Positions 10,323-23,279 of a DNA stretch of 64,000 bases are shown piece by piece. The translations under genes were made by a program, and so were the position numbers. Position 1 is the first letter of the stretch, and the number at the start of each line of letters is the position of its first letter. This DNA comes from Caulobacteraceae bacterium. GTDB taxonomy: Bacteria; Pseudomonadota; Alphaproteobacteria; Caulobacterales; Caulobacteraceae. The stretch spans positions 91,196 through 155,195 of the forward strand of contig CBDIPQ010000005.1 in assembly GCA_965283675.1 (NCBI GenBank), given 5' to 3'. The notes beneath the pieces were generated by a model. That model saw nothing but the letters and a program-made list of their open reading frames with translations, did not search any database and had not been told where the DNA came from.

Positions 10323-11444
10323 TTGGTCGAGGTCGCAGAACCCCGCAGGCCGGCCCGGATCGCGCGCGGCGGCTGGCTCGACGTTCTCCGGTTCGTCGCC
10401 GGCGCCCTGATCATCCTGTATCATTTTCGCGAGGCGGCTCCGACGCCGCTGGGCGAACTCCACCCGGTGTTTGACCGGGGGTTCCTGCTGACCAACTTCT
10501 TCATCATCGATTCCGGGTACATTCTGGCCCGGATCTATGGCGACGGCTTCGCCGCCCGCTCGCTCAACATCCTGGACTATATCCGCCAGCGCGTCCTCAG
10601 GGTCGTCCCGTCTCATCTCGTCGTGATCGGCGTACTTGCCGCAATGGTCGCCGTCGCCGCCGCGGTCGGCATTCGCCCGAGCAATCCCCAGTGGTTCGAC
10701 TGGGCGCAGCTCCCGGCGCAGGCGGCTCTGCTTCAGGCCTATGGCGTTCCGGGGGGACAGGGCTGGAACGCGCCGACCTGGACGCTCTCGGCCCTGCTCG
10801 GATGTTATCTCCTGTTGCCGTGGATATGCCGACTGATCTGGCGTAGGCGGCCCTGGCTGATCGTGGCGGGCGCCGTAGGGCTTCTGATCCTCGCGGACTG
10901 CGCCAGCCGCGCCTGGCTCGGCGATCCGATCTATCGCCTGCCTTTCAGCCACGGCTTTCTGCGAGCCCTGCCTCTGTTCCTGCTCGGTGTTGCGGCGGCG
11001 CTGTTCGGGGCGCGCGTCTATATCCCGCCGAGGCTCGCCGCGATGGCGGGGATCGTCGCCCTCGGCGTCCTCGTTTGCGCGCAGGTGATCGGGACCACCG
11101 CCTTGCTCTCGCTTCTGTTGCTGACCGTGATGATCTGGGCTGCGGGCGCGACGCCGGTCGCGAGACCCTCACGCCTGATCGAGCATCTCGGCCTGATGTC
11201 GTTCGCGATCTTCCTGACCAATGAAGTGGTCCGGATCCTCTGGTTCGGGGTCTTCGATGCGATCGGACAGGCAGGCTGGTCCTCAGATGTTCGCTGGGCG
11301 ATCTGGACTGCGGGTCTGGCGAGCGCCTTCATCGGAGCTGCAATCTTCCGGTACGCCTTCGACCGCCCTGTTCAGGCCCGTCTCAATCCGCCGCGAAGAC
11401 CACCGCAGGCGCCCGGCGTCAGCGCCGAGCGGCCCATCGCCTGA
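10323..11444 (+). CDS. Acyltransferase-3 (OafA/YrhL-like) membrane acyltransferase
   Basis: LDVLRFVAGALIILYHF, FFIIDSGYIL, RVLRVVP and WNAPTWTLS motifs; TTG start chosen, ORF-track start 9945 overlaps the upstream gene. Confidence 0.85.
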   Translation: MVEVAEPRRPARIARGGWLDVLRFVAGALIILYHFREAAPTPLGELHPVFDRGFLLTNFFIIDSGYILARIYGDGFAARSLNILDYIRQRVLRVVPSHLVVIGVLAAMVAVAAAVGIRPSNPQWFDWAQLPAQAALLQAYGVPGGQGWNAPTWTLSALLGCYLLLPWICRLIWRRRPWLIVAGAVGLLILADCASRAWLGDPIYRLPFSHGFLRALPLFLLGVAAALFGARVYIPPRLAAMAGIVALGVLVCAQVIGTTALLSLLLLTVMIWAAGATPVARPSRLIEHLGLMSFAIFLTNEVVRILWFGVFDAIGQAGWSSDVRWAIWTAGLASAFIGAAIFRYAFDRPVQARLNPPRRPPQAPGVSAERPIA

Positions 11445-11468
11445 GGGGCTCTCCCGGAAGGGTCGCCG

Positions 11469-11866
11469 TCAGGCGGGTTGGGGCGTTCTTGCGCGCTTGA
11501 GCCGGACAACATTGAGGAGGTGCGCGAGGACGAACTCAACCCGCCGACGATGGTGGCGATCGGAGCGGTCTCCACCGTCGGGCGTTCGGCCGCGCCCGCC
11601 ACAAGCGCCAGAATGGCGGCGATCGCGAGGCCCCGAAGCATCATGGGTGCGCCCACGCGAGGTGTGACGAGCGCGATCCAGGCCGCACAGGCCGCGACGC
11701 CGGCAAGCGTCCAGTGGAGCCACTCGCCGCCGGCGAGCCCCGCCAGGGGCAGAAGGCCAAGCACCCCCGCGCTCGACACACAATGGACGACGCAGAACAC
11801 GGAAAGACCGGCGCCGAACAGGTCGATTGGCCGGGAACGACCGGTGTCTGTGGGGGCGGGAGGCAT
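11469..11866 (-). CDS. MerC-domain membrane protein; frameshift at about 11533
   Basis: DLFGAGLSVFCVVHC and EWLHW motifs; one extra T joins ...VGGLS to FVLAHLLN..., the typical MerC-family C-terminal AH..N. Confidence 0.75.
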
Positions 11867-11871
11867 GTTGA

Positions 11872-11890
11872 GAATGTTATTGTGTAACGC
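11872..11890. promoter_or_regulatory. Candidate Zur/Fur-family box just upstream of the MerC-like gene
   Basis: GAATGTTAT-TGT-GTAACGC, an imperfect TGTTAT-N3-ATAACA inverted repeat in otherwise GC-rich DNA. Confidence 0.45.
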
Positions 11891-11969
11891 GCCGTTGATC
11901 CAGTGAATTGTGGTCGCGGACGCGCCTCGGCGATGATGATTTCGTGACGACCCGCGGATTGGTTTGCGG

Positions 11970-11983
11970 TACTATGGGGAGTA
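11970..11983. promoter_or_regulatory. Candidate RcnR/CsoR-family operator upstream of the MFS gene
   Basis: TACT-ATGGGG-AGTA, about 20 bp before the ATG at 12005; resembles the site at 23824. Confidence 0.6.
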
Positions 11984-12004
11984 TCTTTCCGATCGGGTCC
12001 GCAG

Positions 12005-13339
12005 ATGTTTTCTCCGCTGTCCAATCCCGCCTACCGCAGGCTCTTCATCGCCCAGGTGTCGGCTCTGCTCGGTACGGGCATGGCGACCGTCGCCCTCGGC
12101 CTGCTTGCCCATGATCTGGCCGGCGCCAACGCCGGAGAAATTCTCGGCGCAGCGCTCTCGATCAAGATGGTGGCCTATATCGCCGTCGCGCCGTTCGCGA
12201 GCGCCATCGCCGCGCGCTTGCCGCGCAAGACCCTCCTCGTGTCGCTGGACGTCGTCAGGGCGGGCGTCGCCATCACCCTGCCGTTCGTGGGCGCCGCCTG
12301 GCAAGTCTATGCCCTGATGGCCGTGCTCTACACGGCCTCCGCCGCCTTCACCCCGGCGTTCCAGGCCATGATCCCGGACCTTCTGGAGGACGAGGGGGAG
12401 TATACCAAGGCGCTCTCGCTCTCCCGCCTCGCGGCGGACCTCGAAAGCGTGGCCAGTCCGGTGGTCGCCGCCGTTCTGCTGGCCTTCATCAGCTACAACA
12501 ATCTGTTCGTGGGGACAGCTCTCGGCTTCGCGCTCTCGGCGGTCTTTGTCGTCCGGGCGATCCTGCCCCGGTCCGCCGGCGCAGCGCCCTTGCCCTTCAT
12601 ACGCCGGCTGACGGCTGGCGCCCGGCTGTTCGCCCTGACCCCGAGGCTGAGAGGCCTTCTGGCGGTCAGCCTGGCGACCGCCGCAGGCGGCGCGATGGTG
12701 TTCGTGAACACCGTCGTGCTTGTGCAGAGCAGCTTTGGCCTCTCTCAACAGGCGACGGCCTGGGCGCTCGCGGCCTTCGGCGCGGGGTCGATGACCGCCG
12801 CCCTGCTACTGCCGCGCGTCCTTCAAAGGATCCCCGACCGCTCCGCCATGATCGCGGGCGCTGGCGTCATGACGGGCGTGCTTCTGCTCGGCGCCTTTGT
12901 GGCGACGTCCTACCCCATCCTTTTGGGGCTCTGGATCGTCATGGGCTTCGGCTATTCGCTGACCATCACGCCGGCCGGTCGGGCGCTTCGACGGTCCTCG
13001 ACCTCGCAAGACCGCCCCTCGCTGTTCGCCGCCCAGTTCGCCCTGTCCCACGCCTGCTGGCTGATCGCCTATCCGGTCGCGGGGCTCGTCTCCGCCGAGG
13101 CGGATCCCCGCGCGGCCTTCCTTGTGCTCGCGGGCCTCTGCGCGGTGGGTGTGGTTCTCGCGCTCGTGGTCTGGCCCCGCTACGACCCGGCCAATCTCGC
13201 GCACTCGCACTCGGACCTGGACGCCGATGACCCCCACCTGTCCGAAGGCGAGCGTCCGGACCGGCAGTCCAGTTGGCACGCCCATCCGGTCGTGATCGAC
13301 GAGGCGCATCCGCGCTGGCCGCGACCGGACGAGAAATGA
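12005..13339 (+). CDS. MFS transporter (NreB-like, metal-island type) with His/Asp-rich C-terminal tail
   Basis: 12-TM MFS pattern, RLPRKTLLVSLDVVRA loop motif, tail HSHSDLDADDPHL...HAHPVVIDEAHPRWP. Confidence 0.85.
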   Translation: MFSPLSNPAYRRLFIAQVSALLGTGMATVALGLLAHDLAGANAGEILGAALSIKMVAYIAVAPFASAIAARLPRKTLLVSLDVVRAGVAITLPFVGAAWQVYALMAVLYTASAAFTPAFQAMIPDLLEDEGEYTKALSLSRLAADLESVASPVVAAVLLAFISYNNLFVGTALGFALSAVFVVRAILPRSAGAAPLPFIRRLTAGARLFALTPRLRGLLAVSLATAAGGAMVFVNTVVLVQSSFGLSQQATAWALAAFGAGSMTAALLLPRVLQRIPDRSAMIAGAGVMTGVLLLGAFVATSYPILLGLWIVMGFGYSLTITPAGRALRRSSTSQDRPSLFAAQFALSHACWLIAYPVAGLVSAEADPRAAFLVLAGLCAVGVVLALVVWPRYDPANLAHSHSDLDADDPHLSEGERPDRQSSWHAHPVVIDEAHPRWPRPDEK

Positions 13340-13377
13340 TGGCGGGGCGCGTCAGGGGGTTCCAGCGCCCCGCCATC
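13338..13377. terminator. Hairpin between convergent genes (possible bidirectional terminator)
   Basis: Perfect 13-bp stem GATGGCGGGGCGC / GCGCCCCGCCATC with 14-nt loop; no clear U-tract. Confidence 0.55.
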
Positions 13378-13414
13378 CGGTCGGCCGACTGGCGGCGGCC
13401 GACCCACAAGCGGG

Positions 13415-14083
13415 TCAGACCACCCGCTTGATCTCGGTGTAGGCGCCTTCGGTTTCGACCGTGATCGTCACGGTCTCTCCGGTCCGGTTGCGCCAGAACC
13501 AGCCATGGCTTCCGTCGAAGGCCGCCGTCAGCTCACCGGACTGCTGCAGATCGGTGCCCTTTCCGTAGCCGTGATAGCGGACGCCGGGGCGGTCAGCGTG
13601 GGTGTCGAAATTCACCGCACCTCCGCTGCTCCTCCAGGTGAAGCGGACCTTGGCGCCTTCGGCCATGTCCATCTTCAGCTCTGCGCCCTGGTTGGGGGCC
13701 AGTTCGATCACAGTCTCGTCCGAGCGGATGCCGGCTGCGGCGGCTTCAGCCGTGACCGGCCGGGCTGACGGCGCCACCGGACCGGTGGCTGCGGCCGGTG
13801 CTGCGGCAGGCGTCGGCGTGGAGGCGACGCCCGAGGTCTGGCCGGCGGCGGCGGCGTCCGCCGCAGCGTCAGCCTCGGCTTCCAGCGCGAGCTGGCGTTT
13901 CAGCTGGCCCATTTCCGTCAGGCCGAAGACCGAGCCGATACGCGTGGGATCGACGCCATATTCGGCTGGAAGGACCACAGTGACGAGGATCGCGCCGGCG
14001 ACGACGGCGGCGATGCCGGTGGATTTCAGCAACTCCTGCGTGGTGGGCAGTTCGGAGCGGGCGGGGCGGTTTGCGTTAAACAT
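13415..14083 (-). CDS. Conserved hypothetical membrane-anchored protein with periplasmic beta-rich domain
   Basis: TM plus LPAEYGVDPT motif, Ala/Pro linker, FDTHAD...YHGY and HGWFWRNR motifs; follows HupE/UreJ gene. Confidence 0.8.
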   Translation of the reverse strand: MFNANRPARSELPTTQELLKSTGIAAVVAGAILVTVVLPAEYGVDPTRIGSVFGLTEMGQLKRQLALEAEADAAADAAAAGQTSGVASTPTPAAAPAAATGPVAPSARPVTAEAAAAGIRSDETVIELAPNQGAELKMDMAEGAKVRFTWRSSGGAVNFDTHADRPGVRYHGYGKGTDLQQSGELTAAFDGSHGWFWRNRTGETVTITVETEGAYTEIKRVV

Positions 14084-14098
14084 GGAGGGGGGCTCCGA

Positions 14099-14830
14099 TC
14101 ACATGACGAAGAAGCCGACGAGCTGGTAGCCCGTCAGAATGAAGCCGAGGCACATGACCACGGCGTTGGTCAGGAAGGCGTGGTTCCAGAAGCTGTTCGA
14201 GCGGCGCCAGAAGCCCATCAGGATAAGGATGCCGCCGAGCGCCAGCAGCTGGCCGGCCTCGACGCCGATGTTGAAGGCGATCAGGTTGCCGATCAGGCCG
14301 TCCGGCGACATCTGGAAGTCCTGCAGCTTGGTCGCGAGACCGAAGCCGTGGAACAGACCGAAGATCAGGGTCGCCGCCTTGGTGGAGGGCTGGAAGCCGA
14401 ACCAGCGCTGGAAGGCGCCCATGTTGTCCAGGGATTTGTAGACGACGGACAGGCCGATGATGGCGTCCACGATGTAGCTGGAGACGCTGATGTCGGTCAG
14501 CACGCCCAGCAGCAGGGTTGAGGAGTGGCCGATGGCGAACAGCGTCACATAGATGCTGATGTCCTTCATCCTGTAGAGGAAGAAGATCACGCCGAAGAGG
14601 AACAGCAGGTGGTCGTATCCGGTGACCATGTGCTTGGCGCCCAGATAGACGAAAGGCCAGAACAGGAAGCCGGTGGTCTCCTGGATGTAGCCCTTGTCGC
14701 CCTCGGCGACGCCGTGGGCGAGGGCCTGACTGAGGGCGCCGTCCAGAAGCATGAAACTGAGGATCAGCAGAAGCGCCGTCCAGGGCGATCGGAGCCACGA
14801 CCAGGAGTCGCGGCGCAATGCAGAAGTCAT
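14099..14830 (-). CDS. HupE/UreJ-family membrane protein
   Basis: AHGV after signal-like segment; LGAKHMVTGYDHLLFL, FAIGHS, GLFHGFG and AFNIGVEAGQ motifs. Confidence 0.9.
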   Translation of the reverse strand: MTSALRRDSWSWLRSPWTALLLILSFMLLDGALSQALAHGVAEGDKGYIQETTGFLFWPFVYLGAKHMVTGYDHLLFLFGVIFFLYRMKDISIYVTLFAIGHSSTLLLGVLTDISVSSYIVDAIIGLSVVYKSLDNMGAFQRWFGFQPSTKAATLIFGLFHGFGLATKLQDFQMSPDGLIGNLIAFNIGVEAGQLLALGGILILMGFWRRSNSFWNHAFLTNAVVMCLGFILTGYQLVGFFVM

Positions 14831-15995
14831 GATTGACCTTTCGCGGAGTTGGGGGAGGGGGTGAGGAAAAGGCTGCGCACCAGGGTGCGGGCGGGCCGCT
14901 CCCAGAAGGCGTGCAGTGCGAAGGCGCTGGCCAAAGTCACGACCAGCAACAGAGCCGCTTCGGAAGCGGACATCCGGTAGGTGCTGTCGATGCCGCCCAG
15001 CATCGCCATCCCGTTCTTCCAGATGATCAGAAGCGGGAGATGGACGAGGTAGAGGGCATAGGAGGCTTCGCCCGCCTCCAGCAGCAGCGGATGGTTGAAG
15101 ACGCTGTCATCCTCGGCGCGGTCCCAGAGGGCCAGCGCGAGGACGACGACGCCGGAGGCCGCCACGATCAGGCGCTCGTCGGCGCTGATCGCCATCAGGC
15201 AAATCAGGGCGAAAAGCGATCCGATGGCGGCGAGCGTCGCCGTCCGGCGACCGCAACGGATGCGGCAACCGAGCTGGTAAAGGCCGATCCCGAACAGGAA
15301 TTCGGGAATGATCCTCAGCACGCCGAGCACGAGCTCGGCATGGGTGAGCTGGTCCTTGAAGATCCAGCGGTAGAGGCCGTCGATCACCAGGAACAGGCCC
15401 ACCGACAGACCGATCACCATCCAGGGGCGGCGGCCCGACCTGAGCCCGATGAAGGCGAACACAGGGAAGGCCAGATAGGCGGCCCATTCCGCGGACAGGG
15501 ACCAGGACGGGCCGTTCCACTCATTGGGAACGGTAGCCGGGAACCAGGCGTGGGTGAGGGCGAGGGCGGACGCGAACCCCGGCAGCGAGTAACTGTCGGC
15601 CGCGAACGGCTGACCCAGGGCGATAGCCGCCAGGACGATGAACGCCATCAGCACCATCATGGCGAGATGAGCCGGATAGATCCGGGCCAGCCGCGCGATG
15701 AGGAAGCGCTTGTGGTTGTAGGTCCCGTTCCGGATCTGACGCCCGTAGACGTGCGCCAGGATGAAACCCGACAGAATGAAGAAGAAATCGACCGCGAGGC
15801 GTGCGCGCTCGATCAGGGCGAGCCCCGTCCCGCCCTCGGGCGTCATGTTCAGCTGGTAGTGGAAGAGCACGACGCCGAGGGCGAGCCAGAACCGAATGCC
15901 GGTCAGGGCCGGCAAACGGTCCGGGAAGCCCGGCGCCGACGCGTTGGGGACCGCCTCGGCGCCGCCCCCGCTCTTCCTGCGAAGAGCGGAGTTCA

Positions 15996-15996
<1 letters not shown>
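14827..15996 (-). CDS. Acyltransferase-3 (OafA/YrhL-like) membrane acyltransferase
   Basis: LTGIRFWLALGVVLFHY, AVDFFFILSGFIL, RLARIYP, WNGPSWSLSAEW and GEASYALYLVH motifs; overlaps czcA stop (TGATG) and hupE start (ATGA). Confidence 0.9.
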
Positions 15997-19195
<3,199 letters not shown>

Positions 19196-20461
19196 CTAGT
19201 GGTCGTGGCTCGCGCCGGACTTGTCGATGTCCGCGCGAATGAGGAAGGCGCCGTCCACGACATAGGTCGTGTTTGGATCGATACCGCCCAGGACTTCGGT
19301 CCACTCGTCCGTCCGACGCCCAAGCTCGAGCATGCGGACCTCATAGGTGTTACCCACCTTGGCGTAGACGACGGTGAAGTCCCGGAAGGGCTGAAGCGCA
19401 CGGGTGCGGACCGCGAGCGGCACTTCCCCGGTTCCGACCTGGACCGTCCCGTCGACGCCCAGGCCCGGGCGCCAGACGCCGCCTTGGGCCGGCAGGGCGA
19501 CGTGGGCGACGAGCGTCTGACTGAGCACGTCATCAGCCGGGAGGATCGCCTCGATGGTGCCGGTGGTGGTGTTCTCGCCGGCGGTGCTGCGCACCTGGAC
19601 GCGCTGGCCGACCCGCACCCGTTCGGCGTCACGCGGATAGAGGAAGAACTCCGCATGCAGACGGGTCGGATCGCCGATCATCAGCATGGGCGTCCCGTTG
19701 CCCGTGATGGCGCCCGGATTGATGTTCTTGGCGGTGATGACGCCCGAGATCGGGGCGGTGACCGAATAGGTCTGCAGGCTTTCGCTCGACTCCACCCGGG
19801 CGACGACCTGGCCGCGGGACACCCGTTGACCGAGCTGGACGTTCAGCGAGACCACACGGCCGGGGTAGCGGGCGTGGACCTCGGCTTGGGCTTCCGGAGC
19901 CAGCTCCACCCGGCCGGTAAGGGGCAGGGCTTCCGCCAGCGTGGCCGGCCCGACCTGTTCGGTCGTGACCCCGCCCGCCCGTGCGGCCTCCGCCGTGATC
20001 TGCGTACGGCCCTCGTAGGACTGGTAGGTCCACCTCGAGGTCTTTCCGCCCCGCACCGCGTTCACCGCGACGTCGAACGAGTGGGGCTCGGTGACGACGC
20101 CGGGGCTGGCGAGGTAGGCGCCCTCGGGGGTGAAGGTGAACCGATCAACCTGTGGCCCCAGACGCGTCAGCGCCATGGTGAGCTGAACCTGCCGGGGATC
20201 GAGCGGCTTGTCGTTCAGATACGGATAGATCCGGAAGAGGGGCTCAGGGCCTTCTTCGTAGATGGTGACTTCCAGCGAGAAGTCGCCGTCGCGGAGGAGG
20301 CGGCCATTGTTCGGGCCACGCTCGTAGTCCCCGGCGGCCGCCGCTTCGGCGCCCTCGGCCTTCTCGGCGCGCTCACCGCCGCCGCCGCAGGCGGCGAGCA
20401 CCAGAGCAAGGCTGGTCAACGCCGCGCCGGAGGCGAGGCGCAGTGCATGTGTACGGGTCAT
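19196..20461 (-). CDS. czcB: Periplasmic adaptor (MFP) of second heavy-metal RND system
   Basis: Lipoprotein-like LAAC, GPNNGRLL, APISGVI motifs, ends KSGASHDH. Confidence 0.9.
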   Translation of the reverse strand: MTRTHALRLASGAALTSLALVLAACGGGGERAEKAEGAEAAAAGDYERGPNNGRLLRDGDFSLEVTIYEEGPEPLFRIYPYLNDKPLDPRQVQLTMALTRLGPQVDRFTFTPEGAYLASPGVVTEPHSFDVAVNAVRGGKTSRWTYQSYEGRTQITAEAARAGGVTTEQVGPATLAEALPLTGRVELAPEAQAEVHARYPGRVVSLNVQLGQRVSRGQVVARVESSESLQTYSVTAPISGVITAKNINPGAITGNGTPMLMIGDPTRLHAEFFLYPRDAERVRVGQRVQVRSTAGENTTTGTIEAILPADDVLSQTLVAHVALPAQGGVWRPGLGVDGTVQVGTGEVPLAVRTRALQPFRDFTVVYAKVGNTYEVRMLELGRRTDEWTEVLGGIDPNTTYVVDGAFLIRADIDKSGASHDH

Positions 20462-21777
20462 GGTTGGGTCTCCAGGCCGAGCAGGTCGGCATGCGCGCCT
20501 GTCAGACGGTCCAGTCTGGCGCGGTCGGTGTGGAAGGCTTGCAGGATGGACACGCGCCTCGCCCGGGCCTGCAGCAAGGCTGTCTGCGCGGACATCACGT
20601 CGTTGTAGGTGAAGCCGCCGCGCCCGAAGCCCTCGCGGACAAGGGTGACGGCACGCTCCGCCTGAGGCAGGGTCTCCTCGGCGATGCGGCGCGCTTCGCT
20701 GGCCTTGGCGGCCAGCTGCACCTGAAGCCTGAGGATTTCGCGCTCGCGCTCGATCTCGAAAGCGCGGCGATCGGCCTGGGCGGCTACGCCCTCGGCCTGG
20801 GCGCGGGCGATTGCGCCTTCATTGCGGTCGTAGCGTTGAAGCGGCATCGATCCGCCGAACACCAGGGCAACTTCGTTGTCCCAGATGTGGCGGACGCCGA
20901 GGCTCACCGTCGGGTCGGGCACGGCGCGCGCCTGTTCGACCCGCACCTGGGCGTCGGCGATCAGACGGCGGGCATCGAAAGCCGCGAGATCGATCTGCGC
21001 CACCGGACCGGCTTCCCGGCGAGAGGCGCTCGTGTCCTCGAAGGCATCAGCCCCGAGGGTGAACTCTGATCTGCCGAACCAGAATTTGGCGAGGTTGACC
21101 CGCGCCATACGCGCGCCGACCTCGGCCTGGTCGAAGTCGATCTGCGCCTGGGCGAGCTCGGCCTCCGCCCGGGCCCCTGCGAACAGGGGATCTCGTGCGG
21201 CGTTGACCCGTCGGGAGACTTCACTCTGGAAGGCCTCGGCCAGATTGAGCCGCTCCCTGGCGATTTCGAGCAAGGCCTCCGAAGCGAGCGCTTCGGCCCA
21301 CGCCGTCTGGACCAGCTCGAGCCGGTCGAGCTGCGCGGCCCTGGCGTCGGCGAGAAGCAGATCTCCCTCGGCCCGGGCGAGCGCCGTGCGGGCCGGACGA
21401 TCGCCGCCCCGTTCCAGACGTTGCTCGTACGTCAGCGTGGTCTCGGTTCGCCCGAGAATATCGCCGCCGCCGAGCGTCGGCAGGTTCTCGACCATCAGTC
21501 CGACGTTCGGATTGGGTCGGACATCGGCCTGCCGCACGCCGGCTCCAGCGGCGCGACGACGAGCTTCGACACCGGCGAGCGCCGGGTCTGACGCGGCGGA
21601 AAGACTGAGGGCTTCGCGCAAGCTGAGTTGCGGGTAGCCGTTCACGTCGGCGGGGACCGGCGCCGCTTGGGCGAACACCGGGGCAGGGGCGAGCGACGCC
21701 CCAAGGGCGAGCGCGAGCGCAGACACGGCTGCGGCGCGCACCCGCCATCCGGCAGCGCCGGATGCAGGTAGTTTCAA
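20458..21777 (-). CDS. czcC: TolC-family outer membrane factor of second heavy-metal RND system
   Basis: Signal peptide ending VFAQ, VRQADVRPNP, MPLQRYDRNEG motifs; TTG start approximate. Confidence 0.88.
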   Translation of the reverse strand: MKLPASGAAGWRVRAAAVSALALALGASLAPAPVFAQAAPVPADVNGYPQLSLREALSLSAASDPALAGVEARRRAAGAGVRQADVRPNPNVGLMVENLPTLGGGDILGRTETTLTYEQRLERGGDRPARTALARAEGDLLLADARAAQLDRLELVQTAWAEALASEALLEIARERLNLAEAFQSEVSRRVNAARDPLFAGARAEAELAQAQIDFDQAEVGARMARVNLAKFWFGRSEFTLGADAFEDTSASRREAGPVAQIDLAAFDARRLIADAQVRVEQARAVPDPTVSLGVRHIWDNEVALVFGGSMPLQRYDRNEGAIARAQAEGVAAQADRRAFEIEREREILRLQVQLAAKASEARRIAEETLPQAERAVTLVREGFGRGGFTYNDVMSAQTALLQARARRVSILQAFHTDRARLDRLTGAHADLLGLETQP

Positions 21778-21838
21778 GGAATTTCTCCAACAGGACGCGC
21801 ACGGCCCGGAGGCCGCGCAGGATCAGCTTTTCAGGCGA

Positions 21839-22312
21839 TCAGGCGTTCTGTTTAGGAGGGTCGAGCGGGCTTTCCGGACGCGTTCCCGCCAAAGGCGGAG
21901 TCCGGGCCGGGTTGAGCGCGGGCGCAAGTCCGCTGGAGGGGGAGTTCGGCTGAGGCAGGCCTGCGAGCGCGATGTGCACGTCACCGCCGCCGCCATGGTG
22001 ATGGTGCGGCAGCACCGGCATTTCGCTTTGGTCGGCGGTGTCGATCGCCGTGTCTGCGGCGGCAGAGGCTTCAGCGTCGACCTCGTGGGCGTGATCGTGC
22101 CCGTCGTCGTGATGATCATGGTCAGCCGCGGAATCGCTGAAAGCGACGCCGGGGAACTGGAGAGCATGTTCTATTCGATGTTGACCGTCACGTACCGCAA
22201 AGCCTTGCAGCGTGACCATAAGGGTCACGGCCAAGCCGATGCAGATCTGGCGGACAAGTCGCGACAGAGAGTACCCCGTACTCCCCGGACTATCTCGACA
22301 CCCCTGATTCAA
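21839..22312 (-). CDS. His-rich small protein upstream of czcC (CzcI/DUF2946-like architecture); start uncertain
   Basis: Hydrophobic N-terminal segment, DHDHHDDGHDHAH and HHHH tracts, Pro-rich end PLDPPK. Confidence 0.65.
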   Translation of the reverse strand: MNQGCRDSPGSTGYSLSRLVRQICIGLAVTLMVTLQGFAVRDGQHRIEHALQFPGVAFSDSAADHDHHDDGHDHAHEVDAEASAAADTAIDTADQSEMPVLPHHHHGGGGDVHIALAGLPQPNSPSSGLAPALNPARTPPLAGTRPESPLDPPKQNA

Positions 22313-22334
22313 GCAACATCAAAAGTGTCGCAGT

Positions 22335-23279
22335 TCAGGCGGGGAGAGGCTCGGAGGGTTCGATTTCGATAGTGATATGCTTGAGCTCGTGCACCGGGAC
22401 CAGCCGCGCTCGAAGCGCCTCCAAGGTCGCGCTGGAGGTCGCGACACTGATGATGGCGGCGTGAGCGTCCGGCCCAACCCGCCAGATGTGCAGATCGCGG
22501 ATACGGGCATCGCCTGGCGTCTCGATCGCCTCGCGGGTTTCATCGGCGACGTGGGTGTCGGTTCGGTCCAGCAGGACGGCAGCCGTATCGCGCAGGAGAC
22601 CCCATGACCATTTCGCGATTACCGCTGCGCCGACCAGGCCCATGATCGGGTCCAGCCATGTCCATCCGAGATAGTGACCTGACAGGAGCGCGACGATCGC
22701 AAGGACCGATGTCAGGGCATCGGCTAGGACATGGAGATACGCGGAACGCAGATTGTTGTCGCCGCCGTGCCCGTGGTCGTGGTGGCCATGATCGTGATGA
22801 TCATGCTGGTGGCTGTGGTGATGCCCTCCCGAGAGCAGAAGAGCGCTCACGACATTCACGACAAGGCCGATGACGGCGACAATCGCCGCTTCGCCGAACA
22901 AGACCGTAGTCGGCTCGAACAGACGTCGGATGGATTCCACGCCGATGCCAATGGCGAAAAGGCCCAGAACGAGCGCGGATGCAAACCCTGCCAGATCGCC
23001 GACCTTGCCGGTGCCGAAGCTGTATCGGGGGTCGTTCGCGTGACGGCGTGCGTAGCTGTAGGCTGCGGCCGCGACCCCAAGGGCTCCGGCGTGGGTGAGC
23101 ATATGTATGCCGTCCGCCAGCAAGGCCATTGATCCCGTCAGCACGCCGGCGACGATCTCTCCGACCATCATCACTGCGGTCAGGACGACCACGATCAATG
23201 TGCGGCGGGCGTTCTCGTCATGATTGGCGGCCAGAAAGACATGATCATGGGCCGGTGAAGCGGCAGGCTGGATGGTCAT
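22335..23279 (-). CDS. dmeF: CDF-family Co/Ni efflux transporter DmeF
   Basis: HDHVFL...ENARRT, GSMALLADGIHM, His-rich loop, NLRSAYLHVLADALTS. Confidence 0.9.
   Translation of the reverse strand: MTIQPAASPAHDHVFLAANHDENARRTLIVVVLTAVMMVGEIVAGVLTGSMALLADGIHMLTHAGALGVAAAAYSYARRHANDPRYSFGTGKVGDLAGFASALVLGLFAIGIGVESIRRLFEPTTVLFGEAAIVAVIGLVVNVVSALLLSGGHHHSHQHDHHDHGHHDHGHGGDNNLRSAYLHVLADALTSVLAIVALLSGHYLGWTWLDPIMGLVGAAVIAKWSWGLLRDTAAVLLDRTDTHVADETREAIETPGDARIRDLHIWRVGPDAHAAIISVATSSATLEALRARLVPVHELKHITIEIEPSEPLPA

Noticed and set aside
11469-11866. Mercury resistance operon
   Set aside because: No merA, merR, merT or merP; only a lone MerC-like domain
22269-22283. Palindrome GAGTAC-CCC-GTACTC as a third RcnR site
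   Set aside because: Half-sites are in the wrong order and spacing for TACT-N7-AGTA, and it may lie inside the His-rich ORF
22790-22830. Short CAT/GAT repeats in dmeF, the His-rich gene and the ATPase linker
   Set aside because: Simply His/Asp codon runs of metal-binding loops
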